Below, piece by piece: positions 41,157 through 50,537 of a stretch of 57,317 nucleotides of DNA. The notes below the pieces were generated by a model, which saw nothing but the letters and a program-made list of their open reading frames with translations, did no database searches and was not told the DNA's origin. Both the position numbers and the translations under genes were made by a program. The stretch is taken from positions 1-57,317 of the forward strand of contig CAYMOU010000002.1 in assembly GCA_964392115.1 (NCBI GenBank), written 5' to 3'. The stretch's first letter is position 1; each line of letters starts with the position of its first letter. This DNA is from an uncultured Defluviitaleaceae bacterium. Lineage in GTDB: Bacteria > Bacillota > Clostridia > Lachnospirales > WRBF01.

Positions 41157-41257
41157 ATACTAATTCCATATTTAATGAAGGATAAAAATTTGCAATTTCT
41201 CCTTGAAGCTTTATCTAAATTACAATTTTTATCTACTGTTTTAAATGGAATCAGTAT
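41157..41257 (+). mobile_element. MITE-like element, copy B (family 1)
   Basis: About 10 differences from copy A by manual alignment; same orientation. Confidence 0.8.
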
Positions 41258-41268
41258 TAAATGTAAGG

Positions 41269-43395
41269 TTAATACTTACGCTTTATATTATAATTATTAA
41301 ATATTTCCTTAATCCCATTATAGATACCCCTTGCAACCTTATCTTTAAACTCCGGAGAAGCCAAAAGAGCGGCGTCGTTGGGGTTGGAGATAAAGGCTGT
41401 TTCAATCAAGACAGAAGGTATGGAATTATATTTGATTACAATATAGCTGTTGGTTTTAACCTTTCTGTCGTTTGTTTGTATGCTTTCAATTAGGTTGCGG
41501 TGGATAACATCAGCCATTTGTTTGGTGGTGATGCCTTTTGTACTGTCGTTTGCATGAGGGTAGTAATAGGTTTCGGTGCCGTTTGGTGTGGGGTTATCTT
41601 TAGCGGCGTTGTTGTGAACGGAAATAAACATATCTCCTACTTGGTCGCCTATGTCAACCCTGACCATGTGTTCTACATAAACATCGGTGTATCTTGTCAG
41701 GTATACTTTTACTTTTCCGTCTGCATCCATAATGTTCTTTAAGCGGTTGACAATATCGTAGGTTATATTTTTTTCTTGCAGTCCGTGCCCCAAAGAACCG
41801 GGGTCGTGGCCGCCGTGTCCGGGGTCCAGAACTACGATTTTATCGTAAACTTCTTGAGGATGAAGACGTTTTATAATAATTTGGTTTCCGCTGTCGGTAA
41901 CGGAGAAGGTAAGAATTTTTGATTCGTTTATGGTTAGTACGGTTTTGCCTTGGTTGGTTTGAATATTGACGGATTTAACGTCTCCATGTCCTATCATATA
42001 GTCCCCGTAGCCCAATAAACCGGAATAATCCCCGGGCAAGGTTAATTTATATTGCCCGTCCAGATAAAGGTCGTTGTGGTGAATTTGGTTCGCCGACAAA
42101 TTCGGTGCGGAGGATTTGTCTATGGTCAAGGTGAAGTTATCCGGATTGTATTTTATATTTCTGTATGTAGGTTCGGTCAAGGTTATGCGTACTCGGTTAC
42201 CGTTTACGGTTACTGTATGTTTTACAGATTGATTCAGATCGATTACAACTCTTGCGGTATTTTCGTTAAATTGAGCCGACCGCAGGGTTTTGGCAAAACG
42301 TCCGTTTACCGGGTTTTCTGCCGGATTATTGATTTTAGTTAATACTGCGTCAATAACCACTCGTTCCGGAGATAATAAGTAAGAGGTATTTACAGAGGGA
42401 CTGCTTTGGAAGGTAATGTCTATGTATTCTTCCGTTCCGTTGGATGAGTGGGCTACGCCTAAAATGGTATTACCTTCAAATTCCAGGCTTAATCGCTGCC
42501 TGTCAGCAGACAAAATGGTGCTGAATTTTACGCCCGAATTTAAGTCAAAAACTATACGGGACACTTTTTCAGGCTCTGTTTGAAATTGTGAAACCCTTAC
42601 CTGTCCCACAAGTCCGTTGTTTACATTATATGAGGATTTGGAAAGACCCATGTTGGCGTTATAAATATCCAAAATCAACCTATTGTCAGGCATAAGCGTT
42701 TTTTTGATCTTGCTTATTGGTGATGTTGCTTGAATTACAAAGGATGCACTTGAACTGCCGGGCAAAGTTAAGTTGTTTATATTTGTTTCCGAAAAAGCCT
42801 GTTCCGAAAAACCTCCCGGCGACATATCCACCGCAGGAGTTACAGCACCCGTATTACCCGGATTCGTTGTCGGAGTTGGGGTTGCAACAGGAGTAGAGGT
42901 AGCGGTTGGTGCCGGTGTTGCGGTAGGCTCCGGAGAGGGTGTAGGCTGTGCAACGGTGTTTACATAAGCGGCACGTTTTGTATCGCTCCAATCAACTTCA
43001 TAACCGAAACTTTCCGCTACAAACCTTAGGGGTATCATGGTTTTGCCGTTTATTATTTGCGGCGGAATACTCATTTGTAATTGTCTGCCGTTAAAATCGG
43101 CGTATTTGTTGCCTATTTGTAAAATCAACAAATCTTGGCTGTTTCCCACATAAATTTCTTGGGTTGCCGGTTTCCAGTCAACTACTGAACCCAAGGGCTC
43201 AAATACTTCTCTGGCGGGCACCAAGGTAGAATTGTTGTAAATTACAGGCGGCGCAGGTAAATTTTCAATTTCTTCACCGTTTATTATAAGTTTTATGGCT
43301 TGAGGTTGTTTGCTTACCGTCGCCGCTTTTACGGGAACGTTAAACAACATCGACAGAACCACAATAGGCAGTATGGTTTTTTTTAAGAATTTCAT
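41269..43395 (-). CDS. N-acetylmuramoyl-L-alanine amidase (copper-amine-oxidase-N-like + AMIN + Amidase_3)
   Basis: Signal peptide, IPLRFVAE, Pro/Thr linker, LDPGHGG, SVHNNA, LIETAFISN. Confidence 0.92.
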   Translation of the reverse strand: MKFLKKTILPIVVLSMLFNVPVKAATVSKQPQAIKLIINGEEIENLPAPPVIYNNSTLVPAREVFEPLGSVVDWKPATQEIYVGNSQDLLILQIGNKYADFNGRQLQMSIPPQIINGKTMIPLRFVAESFGYEVDWSDTKRAAYVNTVAQPTPSPEPTATPAPTATSTPVATPTPTTNPGNTGAVTPAVDMSPGGFSEQAFSETNINNLTLPGSSSASFVIQATSPISKIKKTLMPDNRLILDIYNANMGLSKSSYNVNNGLVGQVRVSQFQTEPEKVSRIVFDLNSGVKFSTILSADRQRLSLEFEGNTILGVAHSSNGTEEYIDITFQSSPSVNTSYLLSPERVVIDAVLTKINNPAENPVNGRFAKTLRSAQFNENTARVVIDLNQSVKHTVTVNGNRVRITLTEPTYRNIKYNPDNFTLTIDKSSAPNLSANQIHHNDLYLDGQYKLTLPGDYSGLLGYGDYMIGHGDVKSVNIQTNQGKTVLTINESKILTFSVTDSGNQIIIKRLHPQEVYDKIVVLDPGHGGHDPGSLGHGLQEKNITYDIVNRLKNIMDADGKVKVYLTRYTDVYVEHMVRVDIGDQVGDMFISVHNNAAKDNPTPNGTETYYYPHANDSTKGITTKQMADVIHRNLIESIQTNDRKVKTNSYIVIKYNSIPSVLIETAFISNPNDAALLASPEFKDKVARGIYNGIKEIFNNYNIKRKY

Positions 43396-43686
43396 TTGTA
43401 CCTCCAAAATTAAAATAGTTTTCTTTATGGAAATACTCGGCCTGAAGCATAGCTTTCAGACACAAGTAATTATTCATAGCTATACCTTTCAAACGAATCT
43501 AGGCTCTTAATGTTCCGCTTATCTTGTATTATATCAAAAAATATCAAAATTTGAAGTTAAATTTAAAATGACACGAAAAATTAACATATCCGAAAAAGTA
43601 ATTTCCGGTGCTTGTGCAATTTTCTGCAAACCCATGAAAGTAATATTATCAAAAGATGCGGAAATAATAATTAAGGAGGTGGATAT

Positions 43687-43821
43687 ATGGATATAAATTG
43701 TACCAATAATTGTCTTTATCAACTGGAAGGTAAGTGCAATCTAAACGAATTACCCTCCTATGATTACGGAAAAACTTCCAAGGAAAGTGATTGTCCCTAT
43801 TATGAGACCAAAATGTATTAA
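43687..43821 (+). CDS. small Cys-rich protein (44 aa)
   Basis: AAGGAGGTG RBS; MDINCTNNCLYQLEGKC...CPYY; terminator downstream; below the ORF-track cut-off. Confidence 0.75.
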   Translation: MDINCTNNCLYQLEGKCNLNELPSYDYGKTSKESDCPYYETKMY

Positions 43822-43916
43822 CAGCAATCTTTGTTTAGCTGAATATAAAATCGGTTTAATGTAATAAAATATTAATAAATAATCGGTCGGGATATTTTGT
43901 CTTCTGCTATAACCTT

Positions 43917-43954
43917 AAAAAAAGCTTATCGGTGTATTATCGATAAGCTTTTTT
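43917..43954 (+). terminator. intrinsic terminator
   Basis: AAAAAGCTTATCG...CGATAAGCTTTTT. Confidence 0.75.
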
Positions 43955-44157
43955 GTGTGGATTTACGAAATAACGGTTTTGTATCGATAAAAACTTCACC
44001 TAAAGTTCATTTAAAAATCAGAAAGAAAACAATTCAAGTTCAGTTTTAACAATTATCATTAATATATCCACAAGAGAGGAGGACCGGTTCTCACAGCTAA
44101 CTTCCAAATCCACTCAAGCAATAATAACTATTTCAAAAGTTGAAAGGAGAAATAAAA

Positions 44158-44730
44158 ATGAAAACCTTAAAAAGAATAACAGCGGTTATATCCTTGGCAG
44201 TAGTAATGGGAATGACAGGAGCTTTGGCTTATGCAGCGGACATTACTTGGGGTGCCGGTCAAAACGGTAAAGGTTCCGTGTGGAATGTTCTTACAGATGA
44301 ACAAAAGGCACAAATGGCTTCTGATATGAAAGACAGATTAGAGCAATGCTTAACCGACGGAAGAATTACACAAGAAAATTACGACAGTATGATTACAGCC
44401 ATTGAAAACGGAGAAATGCCCGGTCGTGGCGGCGGAAGAAGATTTATGACAGACGAACAAAAAGCTGCTTTTGATGCACAAAAATCCAAATGGGATGCCC
44501 TTACAGACAGCCAAAAACAAGAAATTTACGACCTTTGCAACGACAAACTTACCATCCATACTAAAATAATTGACAAATACCTTGAATTCGGCGTAATAGA
44601 TTCCGATACGGCAGCAAGCATGAAAGAAGGAATGACCCAAAGACATAACAATGCAGTAAATAACGGCTTAATGCCTATGTCTGGCAAAGGCGGCGGCCGT
44701 GGCAGAGGAATGGCCAACCCCGGTATCTAA
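44158..44730 (+). CDS. secreted helical repeat protein (DUF2680/YckD-like)
   Basis: Signal peptide (..AYA), LTDEQKA repeats, GRITQE, GRGRG tail; upstream of a two-component system. Confidence 0.7.
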   Translation: MKTLKRITAVISLAVVMGMTGALAYAADITWGAGQNGKGSVWNVLTDEQKAQMASDMKDRLEQCLTDGRITQENYDSMITAIENGEMPGRGGGRRFMTDEQKAAFDAQKSKWDALTDSQKQEIYDLCNDKLTIHTKIIDKYLEFGVIDSDTAASMKEGMTQRHNNAVNNGLMPMSGKGGGRGRGMANPGI

Positions 44731-44893
44731 TTTTATCAACCCATGTTAAAGCATGGGTTTTTCTTATTGAGGAAGTGCAGATTGTTTATTAAAAATATAG
44801 TGCGGCACTTTTGTTTTAGATGCAGATTTCTGAAAAGTCTACTGAAAATAAAACCCGGTATATGGTATAATCAAACAAAAAGAGGTGTATGAG

Positions 44894-45577
44894 ATGGCTA
44901 AAATTTTAATCTGTGACGATGAAGCCGGGCTTCGTTCGGTTATAAAAAAATATGCAAATTTTGAAGGGCATGAGGTTTCCGAAGCCGAGAACGGAATGGA
45001 GGCTGTGGAATTATGCCGTAGAAACAGGTTTGATATTATTATAATGGATATAATGATGCCGGAGCTGGACGGTTTTTCGGCGGTTAAAGAAATACGCAAA
45101 TCCTTTGATACACCGGTAATTATGCTTTCTGCCCGAGGCGAGGAATATGACAAGATTCTGGGTTTCGAAGTAGGCATAGACGACTATGTGGTAAAGCCGT
45201 TTTCATCAAAAGAAATTATGCTAAGGGTGAATGCGATTTTACGCAGAACAGCAAAAAAGACAGAGGTTTCGGATGACGAGGGTCATACTATTTTCCAAAA
45301 AGGCGGTCTAAAAGCCGATTTTACAGCCTACAAGGTTTTTGTAGACGGTAACCCGGCAGATATGGCTCCGAAGGAATATGACCTGCTGTTTTTCCTTATT
45401 CGCAACAAGAATATTGCTATTCCCAGAGAAAAAATATTAACGGAAATTTGGGGTTACGATTATTGCGGTGACGACAGAACCCTAGATACACATATGAAGC
45501 TTTTAAGAAAATCCTTGGGTCCATACGCACACTATATTACAACGCTTAGAGGATTGGGGTATAGGTTTGATGGATAA
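44894..45577 (+). CDS. OmpR-family response regulator
   Basis: CDDE, MDIMMP, KPF, winged-helix RTLDTH..GYRF. Confidence 0.95.
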   Translation: MAKILICDDEAGLRSVIKKYANFEGHEVSEAENGMEAVELCRRNRFDIIIMDIMMPELDGFSAVKEIRKSFDTPVIMLSARGEEYDKILGFEVGIDDYVVKPFSSKEIMLRVNAILRRTAKKTEVSDDEGHTIFQKGGLKADFTAYKVFVDGNPADMAPKEYDLLFFLIRNKNIAIPREKILTEIWGYDYCGDDRTLDTHMKLLRKSLGPYAHYITTLRGLGYRFDG

Positions 45578-46859
45578 GTTTAAATTACAATGGAAGGTAT
45601 TCGCCTATCTGTTTGGTTTCTGTGCCTTGTTGCTTGTGATTTTTTGGCTGTTTCAAACGGTGTTGTTAAAAGATATGTATAAGCTGATTCGCAGAAACGA
45701 AATAGAAAATGCCGTTGCCTTAGTGGAAAAGAACATAGATAGCCCAAATTTGCAATCGCTTTTAGCCGATCTTGAAACGGAAAAAGAAATTATAGTCAGG
45801 CTTTCGAAAGAGTTTAGGCCCAATATGCGTATGGGTCGAGATAACGCCGGCAGAGGACGTATGGAATCCATAACACGGGAAAAGGATTTCACCCTAAAAA
45901 ACGGCAAAGTAATTTCTCTAACCTTTCATGCCATTATAACACCGGTTAACGCTACCGTTTCTACCCTGGAGGTTCAGCTTTATATAATCACGGTTATAAT
46001 GATACTCCTGTCTGTAGGCTTGGCGTTAATTATAGCAAGGCGTGTATCCAAACCCATAGTGGAGATAAACAAAAGCGCAAAGGAACTGGCCCGTGGAAAT
46101 TACCATACCGATTTTAACGGGCAGGGCTTTTTAGAGATAAAAGAATTGTCCGATACCTTAAATACAGCTGCAACAGAACTTTCAAAGGTAGAAAACCTGC
46201 GGAAAGAACTTATGGCAAATATTTCCCATGACCTGCGAACGCCGCTGGCACTGATTTACAGCTATGCGGAAATAATGCATGACTTTCCCGAAGAAAATAC
46301 TCCCGAGCGTACACAAACCATTATGGATGAAGCCAAACGCCTTACTTCCCTTGTAAATGATGTTTTGGATGTATCCAAGCTTGAAACGGGTACTTCCAAA
46401 TTAAACTTACAGCAATATAATTTAACTAAAAGCATTGCCGGAACCGTGGTCAGAATGGCGGAACTTGTGAAAAACCATGGTTATACTTTATCATTTGAAT
46501 ACGAAGAAGATGTGTATGTATTTGCAGACGAAGTGAAAATAACACAGGCGTTTTATAATCTGCTGATTAATGCTGTAAATTACAGCGGTGATGATAAAAA
46601 AGTATGGGTAAAGCAGAGTATTTCCGGCGGTTTCGTTAATATAGAAGTTACAGACAACGGAGAGGGCATAGCCAAAGAAAACCTAAGCTATATATGGGAC
46701 AGATATTATAAATTCAGCAAAAACCATAAACGGCCTGTTACCGGCACCGGATTGGGCTTATCCATAGTAAAGAAAATAATTGAACTCCACGGCGGAGAAT
46801 ACGGGGTGCAGTCCGAACCGGGAAAAGGCAGTACCTTCCGCTTTTCTTTAAAAATTTAG
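45570..46859 (+). CDS. HAMP-domain sensor histidine kinase
   Basis: Two TMs, SHDLRTPL, NAVNY, DNGEG, GTGLGL. Confidence 0.95.
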   Translation: MDKFKLQWKVFAYLFGFCALLLVIFWLFQTVLLKDMYKLIRRNEIENAVALVEKNIDSPNLQSLLADLETEKEIIVRLSKEFRPNMRMGRDNAGRGRMESITREKDFTLKNGKVISLTFHAIITPVNATVSTLEVQLYIITVIMILLSVGLALIIARRVSKPIVEINKSAKELARGNYHTDFNGQGFLEIKELSDTLNTAATELSKVENLRKELMANISHDLRTPLALIYSYAEIMHDFPEENTPERTQTIMDEAKRLTSLVNDVLDVSKLETGTSKLNLQQYNLTKSIAGTVVRMAELVKNHGYTLSFEYEEDVYVFADEVKITQAFYNLLINAVNYSGDDKKVWVKQSISGGFVNIEVTDNGEGIAKENLSYIWDRYYKFSKNHKRPVTGTGLGLSIVKKIIELHGGEYGVQSEPGKGSTFRFSLKI

Positions 46860-46915
46860 CGCTTATACTTACTATCTGTTTCTAAGCATCGGTATACTTT
46901 ATAAAGAACAAAATC

Positions 46916-46956
46916 TAAGGGAGAGTCTTTTTTTGGGTGAAAAAGGCTCTCCCTTA
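46916..46956. repeat. REP-like palindromic repeat (family 2)
   Basis: TAAGGGAGAGTCTTTTT...AAAAAGGCTCTCCCTTA. Confidence 0.65.
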
Positions 46957-47205
46957 AACTGTCTTTTACATAAATAAGAACAGATTGGTATGAGCATAAT
47001 TATGGTTAATTCTCTCAAACGATAATTTTTTTGATTTCTCAAATGATTTAAACACGAATATAGTGCAAAACTGTGAAAAGCATTGACAAAAATCGAGCAA
47101 TGAAATATGCTAAATTATATATTGTTTATGACAATGTAAAAGCATTAAACTCTCATAATTTGCGAAAATATACATTTCTTAATATCCCTGTAAGGAGGAT
47201 AAATC

Positions 47206-47619
47206 TTGAACGCTCAAATTCTCTACGCAACCATGTCCGGCCACAGCAAAAAGATAGCCGAAGCCATTGCTAAAAGCATGGAAATTCCGATACATAACCT
47301 TAAAGATAACCCACAGATACCTGCCTGTGATTTGCTGATTATAGTCGGCGGTATTTACGCAGGACAATATAAGAACGAGCTTTTGGAATTTGTCAAAAAA
47401 CTTTCGCCTTCTGAAATCAAAAAAGCGGCTTTGGTTACATCATCTATGCGATGCAGCACTCAAGGCAGTTTAAGAACCACCCTCTGTGAGGCCGGTATAG
47501 CGGTGGAAGATGAAGAATATCTTTGCAAAGGTAGTTTCTTATTTATAGGCTTAGGGCATCCAAACAAGTCTGAAATTGAAGGGGCAGTAGCTTTTGCAAA
47601 AAAAATGTTAGAGGGATAA
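47206..47619 (+). CDS. flavodoxin domain protein
   Basis: YATMSGHSKKIAEAI; TTG start behind AAGGAGG. Confidence 0.85.
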   Translation: MNAQILYATMSGHSKKIAEAIAKSMEIPIHNLKDNPQIPACDLLIIVGGIYAGQYKNELLEFVKKLSPSEIKKAALVTSSMRCSTQGSLRTTLCEAGIAVEDEEYLCKGSFLFIGLGHPNKSEIEGAVAFAKKMLEG

Positions 47620-47750
47620 AACAGGAACAGAAGTTATCCTCTTAAAATTCGAACAGCCTATATATCCCTAAAATCGCAAATAATATAGGTGTTTTAAACA
47701 CCGGAAGAAAAGAGAGATGTGTTATCGGTAATTTTGATTTAAACTCATCC

Positions 47751-48158
47751 TTGGGCTTTAGATTTGTAAATTACGGTGTAAAATTCAAGCATAGCGTAAC
47801 TGCAATGTATCAAAAGCTTGGTATAGATTGCACAGCGGACCAAATGGCGGTTCTTGTTGTATTAATTTATTATAACGGAATTTCTCAATCTGAATTGTGC
47901 GAAAGATGTTATAAAAACAACTCTAATTTGACACGTATATTAAAAGTAATGGATGCCAGGGGAATAATTAACAGAGAAAAGGGTAGGGATGCACGAAGCC
48001 GTATTGTTAATATTACCGATAAAGGAAGAGAACTGTATGAAAGTGTTATACACGCAACCAGACAATACATAGAAGAATTGTTTTCGGATTTTTCCGATGA
48101 AGACAGACAGGTCCTTGATAGCTTATTGGAAAAGATTAATAAGAAAATTACACTTTAA
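47751..48158 (+). CDS. MarR family regulator (start uncertain)
   Basis: GISQSEL, DARSRIVNITDKG. Confidence 0.85.
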   Translation: MGFRFVNYGVKFKHSVTAMYQKLGIDCTADQMAVLVVLIYYNGISQSELCERCYKNNSNLTRILKVMDARGIINREKGRDARSRIVNITDKGRELYESVIHATRQYIEELFSDFSDEDRQVLDSLLEKINKKITL

Positions 48159-48201
48159 TCATAGGCAGATAATAAATGCAGTATAATCATGCAAATAAAC
48201 A

Positions 48202-48248
48202 AAAAAATGAGGGCAATTTTTATCCGGTAAAAGTTGCCCTTATTTTTT
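48202..48248 (+). terminator. intrinsic terminator
   Basis: AAAAAATGAGGGCAA...TTGCCCTTATTTTTT. Confidence 0.7.
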
Positions 48249-48282
48249 GTGCAAAGGGACTATTGTAGATTGCGTTTATTTC

Positions 48283-48384
48283 ATACTAATTCCATTTAAA
48301 ACAGTAGATAAAAATTTGCAATTTATACAATGATTCAAGTATAAATAGCAAATTTTTATCCTTCATTAATTATGGAATTAGTAT
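48283..48384 (-). mobile_element. MITE-like element, copy C (family 1, inverted)
   Basis: Reverse complement aligns end-to-end with copies A and B; TIR ATACTAATTCCAT. Confidence 0.8.
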
Positions 48385-48526
48385 CAGTAACAGAAATCCA
48401 CCGGTTGGACAGGTGAGTGTTGGTGTTTTCTTGAAACACAGTAAACGAACCGTTTATGGAGAACAGATTTTTGTTACACCTTATGTGCAATTTACTATAG
48501 CTTATATTTCTCGTTGTATTATCGGT

Positions 48527-49672
48527 TTAAGAAAAAATTTCCCTTGCTTTTTTCATATTTTCCATAATCTGAACACCGAATGGACAGTTTGGCTCGCAAA
48601 CACCGCATTCTATGCAGTCGGTGGCATTGCGTTCCAGTGCTTGATAATGTTTTAGCAGAGTTTCGGGTACTTCCTTACTCATCAACGCCAAATCAAGAAA
48701 TTTTGTTACCTCGCCTATATCAATATGAGCCGCACAAGGCTGGCAATGATTGCAATACATACAACGTCCGGTCATCTCAAGCTTGGTACAACTGCCGTAA
48801 ATATGGGAATAATCCCTTTCCTCTTGCTCTGCTTCGCAGTACGACACAGATTCTTCTATTTCTTCAGGAGTTTTAAAGCCCACCAGTACGCTTGAAACGC
48901 CGGGTCTGTCCAGACTGTATTGTATACATCCCGCAACGGACAATGCCCTGCCAAAGGGTGAACTTTCCGCTTTTAACAGGCTACCGGCTCCCAAAGCCTT
49001 CATTACAGTAATTCCAACGCCTTTGTTTTCACAGGCGGTGTATAGTTTTTGTCTTGCCGGGTCTACTATCCATCCGTTTTCGTTAAAGCCCTTATACACC
49101 ATTAATTCTTCAAGGGCCGTATCGGTCTTTTGCAAATCATAAGCCGGATTAATGCTGAACATCAATACTTCTGTTAAGCCGTCCTCTACGGTTTTTAAGG
49201 CCACTTCGGGATTGTGAGAGCTTAAGCCTATATGCCCTATTACGCCGTCTGCTTTCATTTTTCTTACATAGTCCACTATGCCGTTATCGTAAATGGCTTG
49301 GTAATCCTCAAAGCTGTCCACATAATGTATCATGCCTACGTCTATGTAATCTGTCTGTAGGCGTTCGAGTAAATCCTCAAAGGCTGCCTTAGTTTTATTA
49401 AGGTCACGAGTTCTTTTGTATTGTCCGTCCTCAAAAACTGCACAAAAATGCCCTTGAATCATCATTTTATTTTTCAGGGTTTTTAAGCCATTACCAATAT
49501 TGGTTCTTGCTTCGCTATGGGGTAGGAATACATCTATGTAATTCATGCCGCATTCGGAGGCCTTACCCATCAGATTAATAACTTCTGCTTCCGGCATACC
49601 ATTCAGCCATTCTCCGCCAAATCCAACTACGCTTATATCAATACCGGTGTTGCCCAGTTTTCTGTAAATCAT
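48527..49672 (-). CDS. aldo/keto reductase with 4Fe-4S dicluster
   Basis: YRKLGNTG, IGLSSH, CMYCNHC and CIECGVCEPNCP. Confidence 0.9.
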   Translation of the reverse strand: MIYRKLGNTGIDISVVGFGGEWLNGMPEAEVINLMGKASECGMNYIDVFLPHSEARTNIGNGLKTLKNKMMIQGHFCAVFEDGQYKRTRDLNKTKAAFEDLLERLQTDYIDVGMIHYVDSFEDYQAIYDNGIVDYVRKMKADGVIGHIGLSSHNPEVALKTVEDGLTEVLMFSINPAYDLQKTDTALEELMVYKGFNENGWIVDPARQKLYTACENKGVGITVMKALGAGSLLKAESSPFGRALSVAGCIQYSLDRPGVSSVLVGFKTPEEIEESVSYCEAEQEERDYSHIYGSCTKLEMTGRCMYCNHCQPCAAHIDIGEVTKFLDLALMSKEVPETLLKHYQALERNATDCIECGVCEPNCPFGVQIMENMKKAREIFS

Positions 49673-49863
49673 AAGTCTAAAACACTCCTCTGATTAAAAT
49701 TATATACAAAATTATTTGAAGACCAAATATTAAGGTTAATTTTAACACAAAAAGCCTGTTCTTGCATACGTTTTGACAATGTTTTTTATAAAACAGGTTT
49801 ACCCTTGTATAAAATCCGTTATAAGACAAACTCTCGTAAGCGTAATATATTACGGTGATGTTT

Positions 49864-50013
49864 ATGGACAATAATGATTTTGAGTTATTGCTGAAAATCG
49901 GTGTGGTTAAAGAGTTGTTCAAAAAAGGCTTTATTACAGAAAGTCAAACGGAGAAAACCATACAACTGCTAAAAAAAGACCATGAAAAGCAATTGTGCAG
50001 GACAAATAAATAA
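49864..50013 (+). CDS. small protein (49 aa), SHOCT-like
   Basis: MDNNDFELLLKIGVVKELFKKGFITESQ..; L..KG.IT..E-like pattern; ends at a terminator. Confidence 0.55.
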   Translation: MDNNDFELLLKIGVVKELFKKGFITESQTEKTIQLLKKDHEKQLCRTNK

Positions 50014-50023
50014 TTTTTGAGTA

Positions 50024-50077
50024 AAAAACAGTAAAAAGAGTTGAATGAAGCCATCCAACCCTTTTTACTGTTTTTTT
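50024..50077. terminator. bidirectional terminator
   Basis: AAAAAACAGTAAAAAG...CTTTTTACTGTTTTTT. Confidence 0.75.
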
Positions 50078-50078
50078 A

Positions 50079-50537
50079 TTACTTGAAATCGTATTTATTC
50101 AGTTCATGCAAAAGACGGATAAACTCCGGCTCTTGCGCTTTTAAAGACCCAAAAAATTGCAAATCTATGTTTTCAACAATGGGTAAAGCCAAGTTCATCT
50201 TTTCGCTGCCCTTAGGGGTTAAGTAAACAGCTTTTGCCCGGGTATCCTTTGAATGTTCCCTGCGTACGATTAGATTATGCTTTTCAAGCAGGCTTAATAT
50301 TTGCGACACTGACATAACGTCCATTCCGGCAAGTTTGGCTATCATTACTTGTGTAACTTCCCGTTCTGTTAGGGATAAATACCCCACTGAGGTCAAAATA
50401 ACAAATTGCGGATGGGTAATATCCAGTTCCTTTAATCTACGCTTTATTTCGGAATGCCATTTGTTATATGTCCGCATAAATATTAAACCTACGGCGTTTT
50501 CTGAATTTTCTTTGATTACGGAATTAAATTCTGTCAT
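50079..50537 (-). CDS. MarR family regulator
   Basis: ITHPQFVIL, DTRAKAVYLT. Confidence 0.9.
   Translation of the reverse strand: MTEFNSVIKENSENAVGLIFMRTYNKWHSEIKRRLKELDITHPQFVILTSVGYLSLTEREVTQVMIAKLAGMDVMSVSQILSLLEKHNLIVRREHSKDTRAKAVYLTPKGSEKMNLALPIVENIDLQFFGSLKAQEPEFIRLLHELNKYDFK

Noticed and set aside
25883-41257. Complete, excisable temperate prophage
   Set aside because: No integrase, excisionase, replication or early genes; both flanks run straight into host genes
26985-41257. 102-bp direct repeats as attL/attR
   Set aside because: A third inverted copy lies at 48283, the repeats have TIR/hairpin structure, the repressor is outside them, and no recombinase is present
42860-42955. Tandem repeat or contingency locus
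   Set aside because: It simply encodes the Pro/Thr linker of the amidase
44075-44105. c-di-AMP (ydaO) riboswitch (GGAGGA...CAGCTAAC)
   Set aside because: Only two short motifs match, they are far too close together, and the other conserved elements are missing
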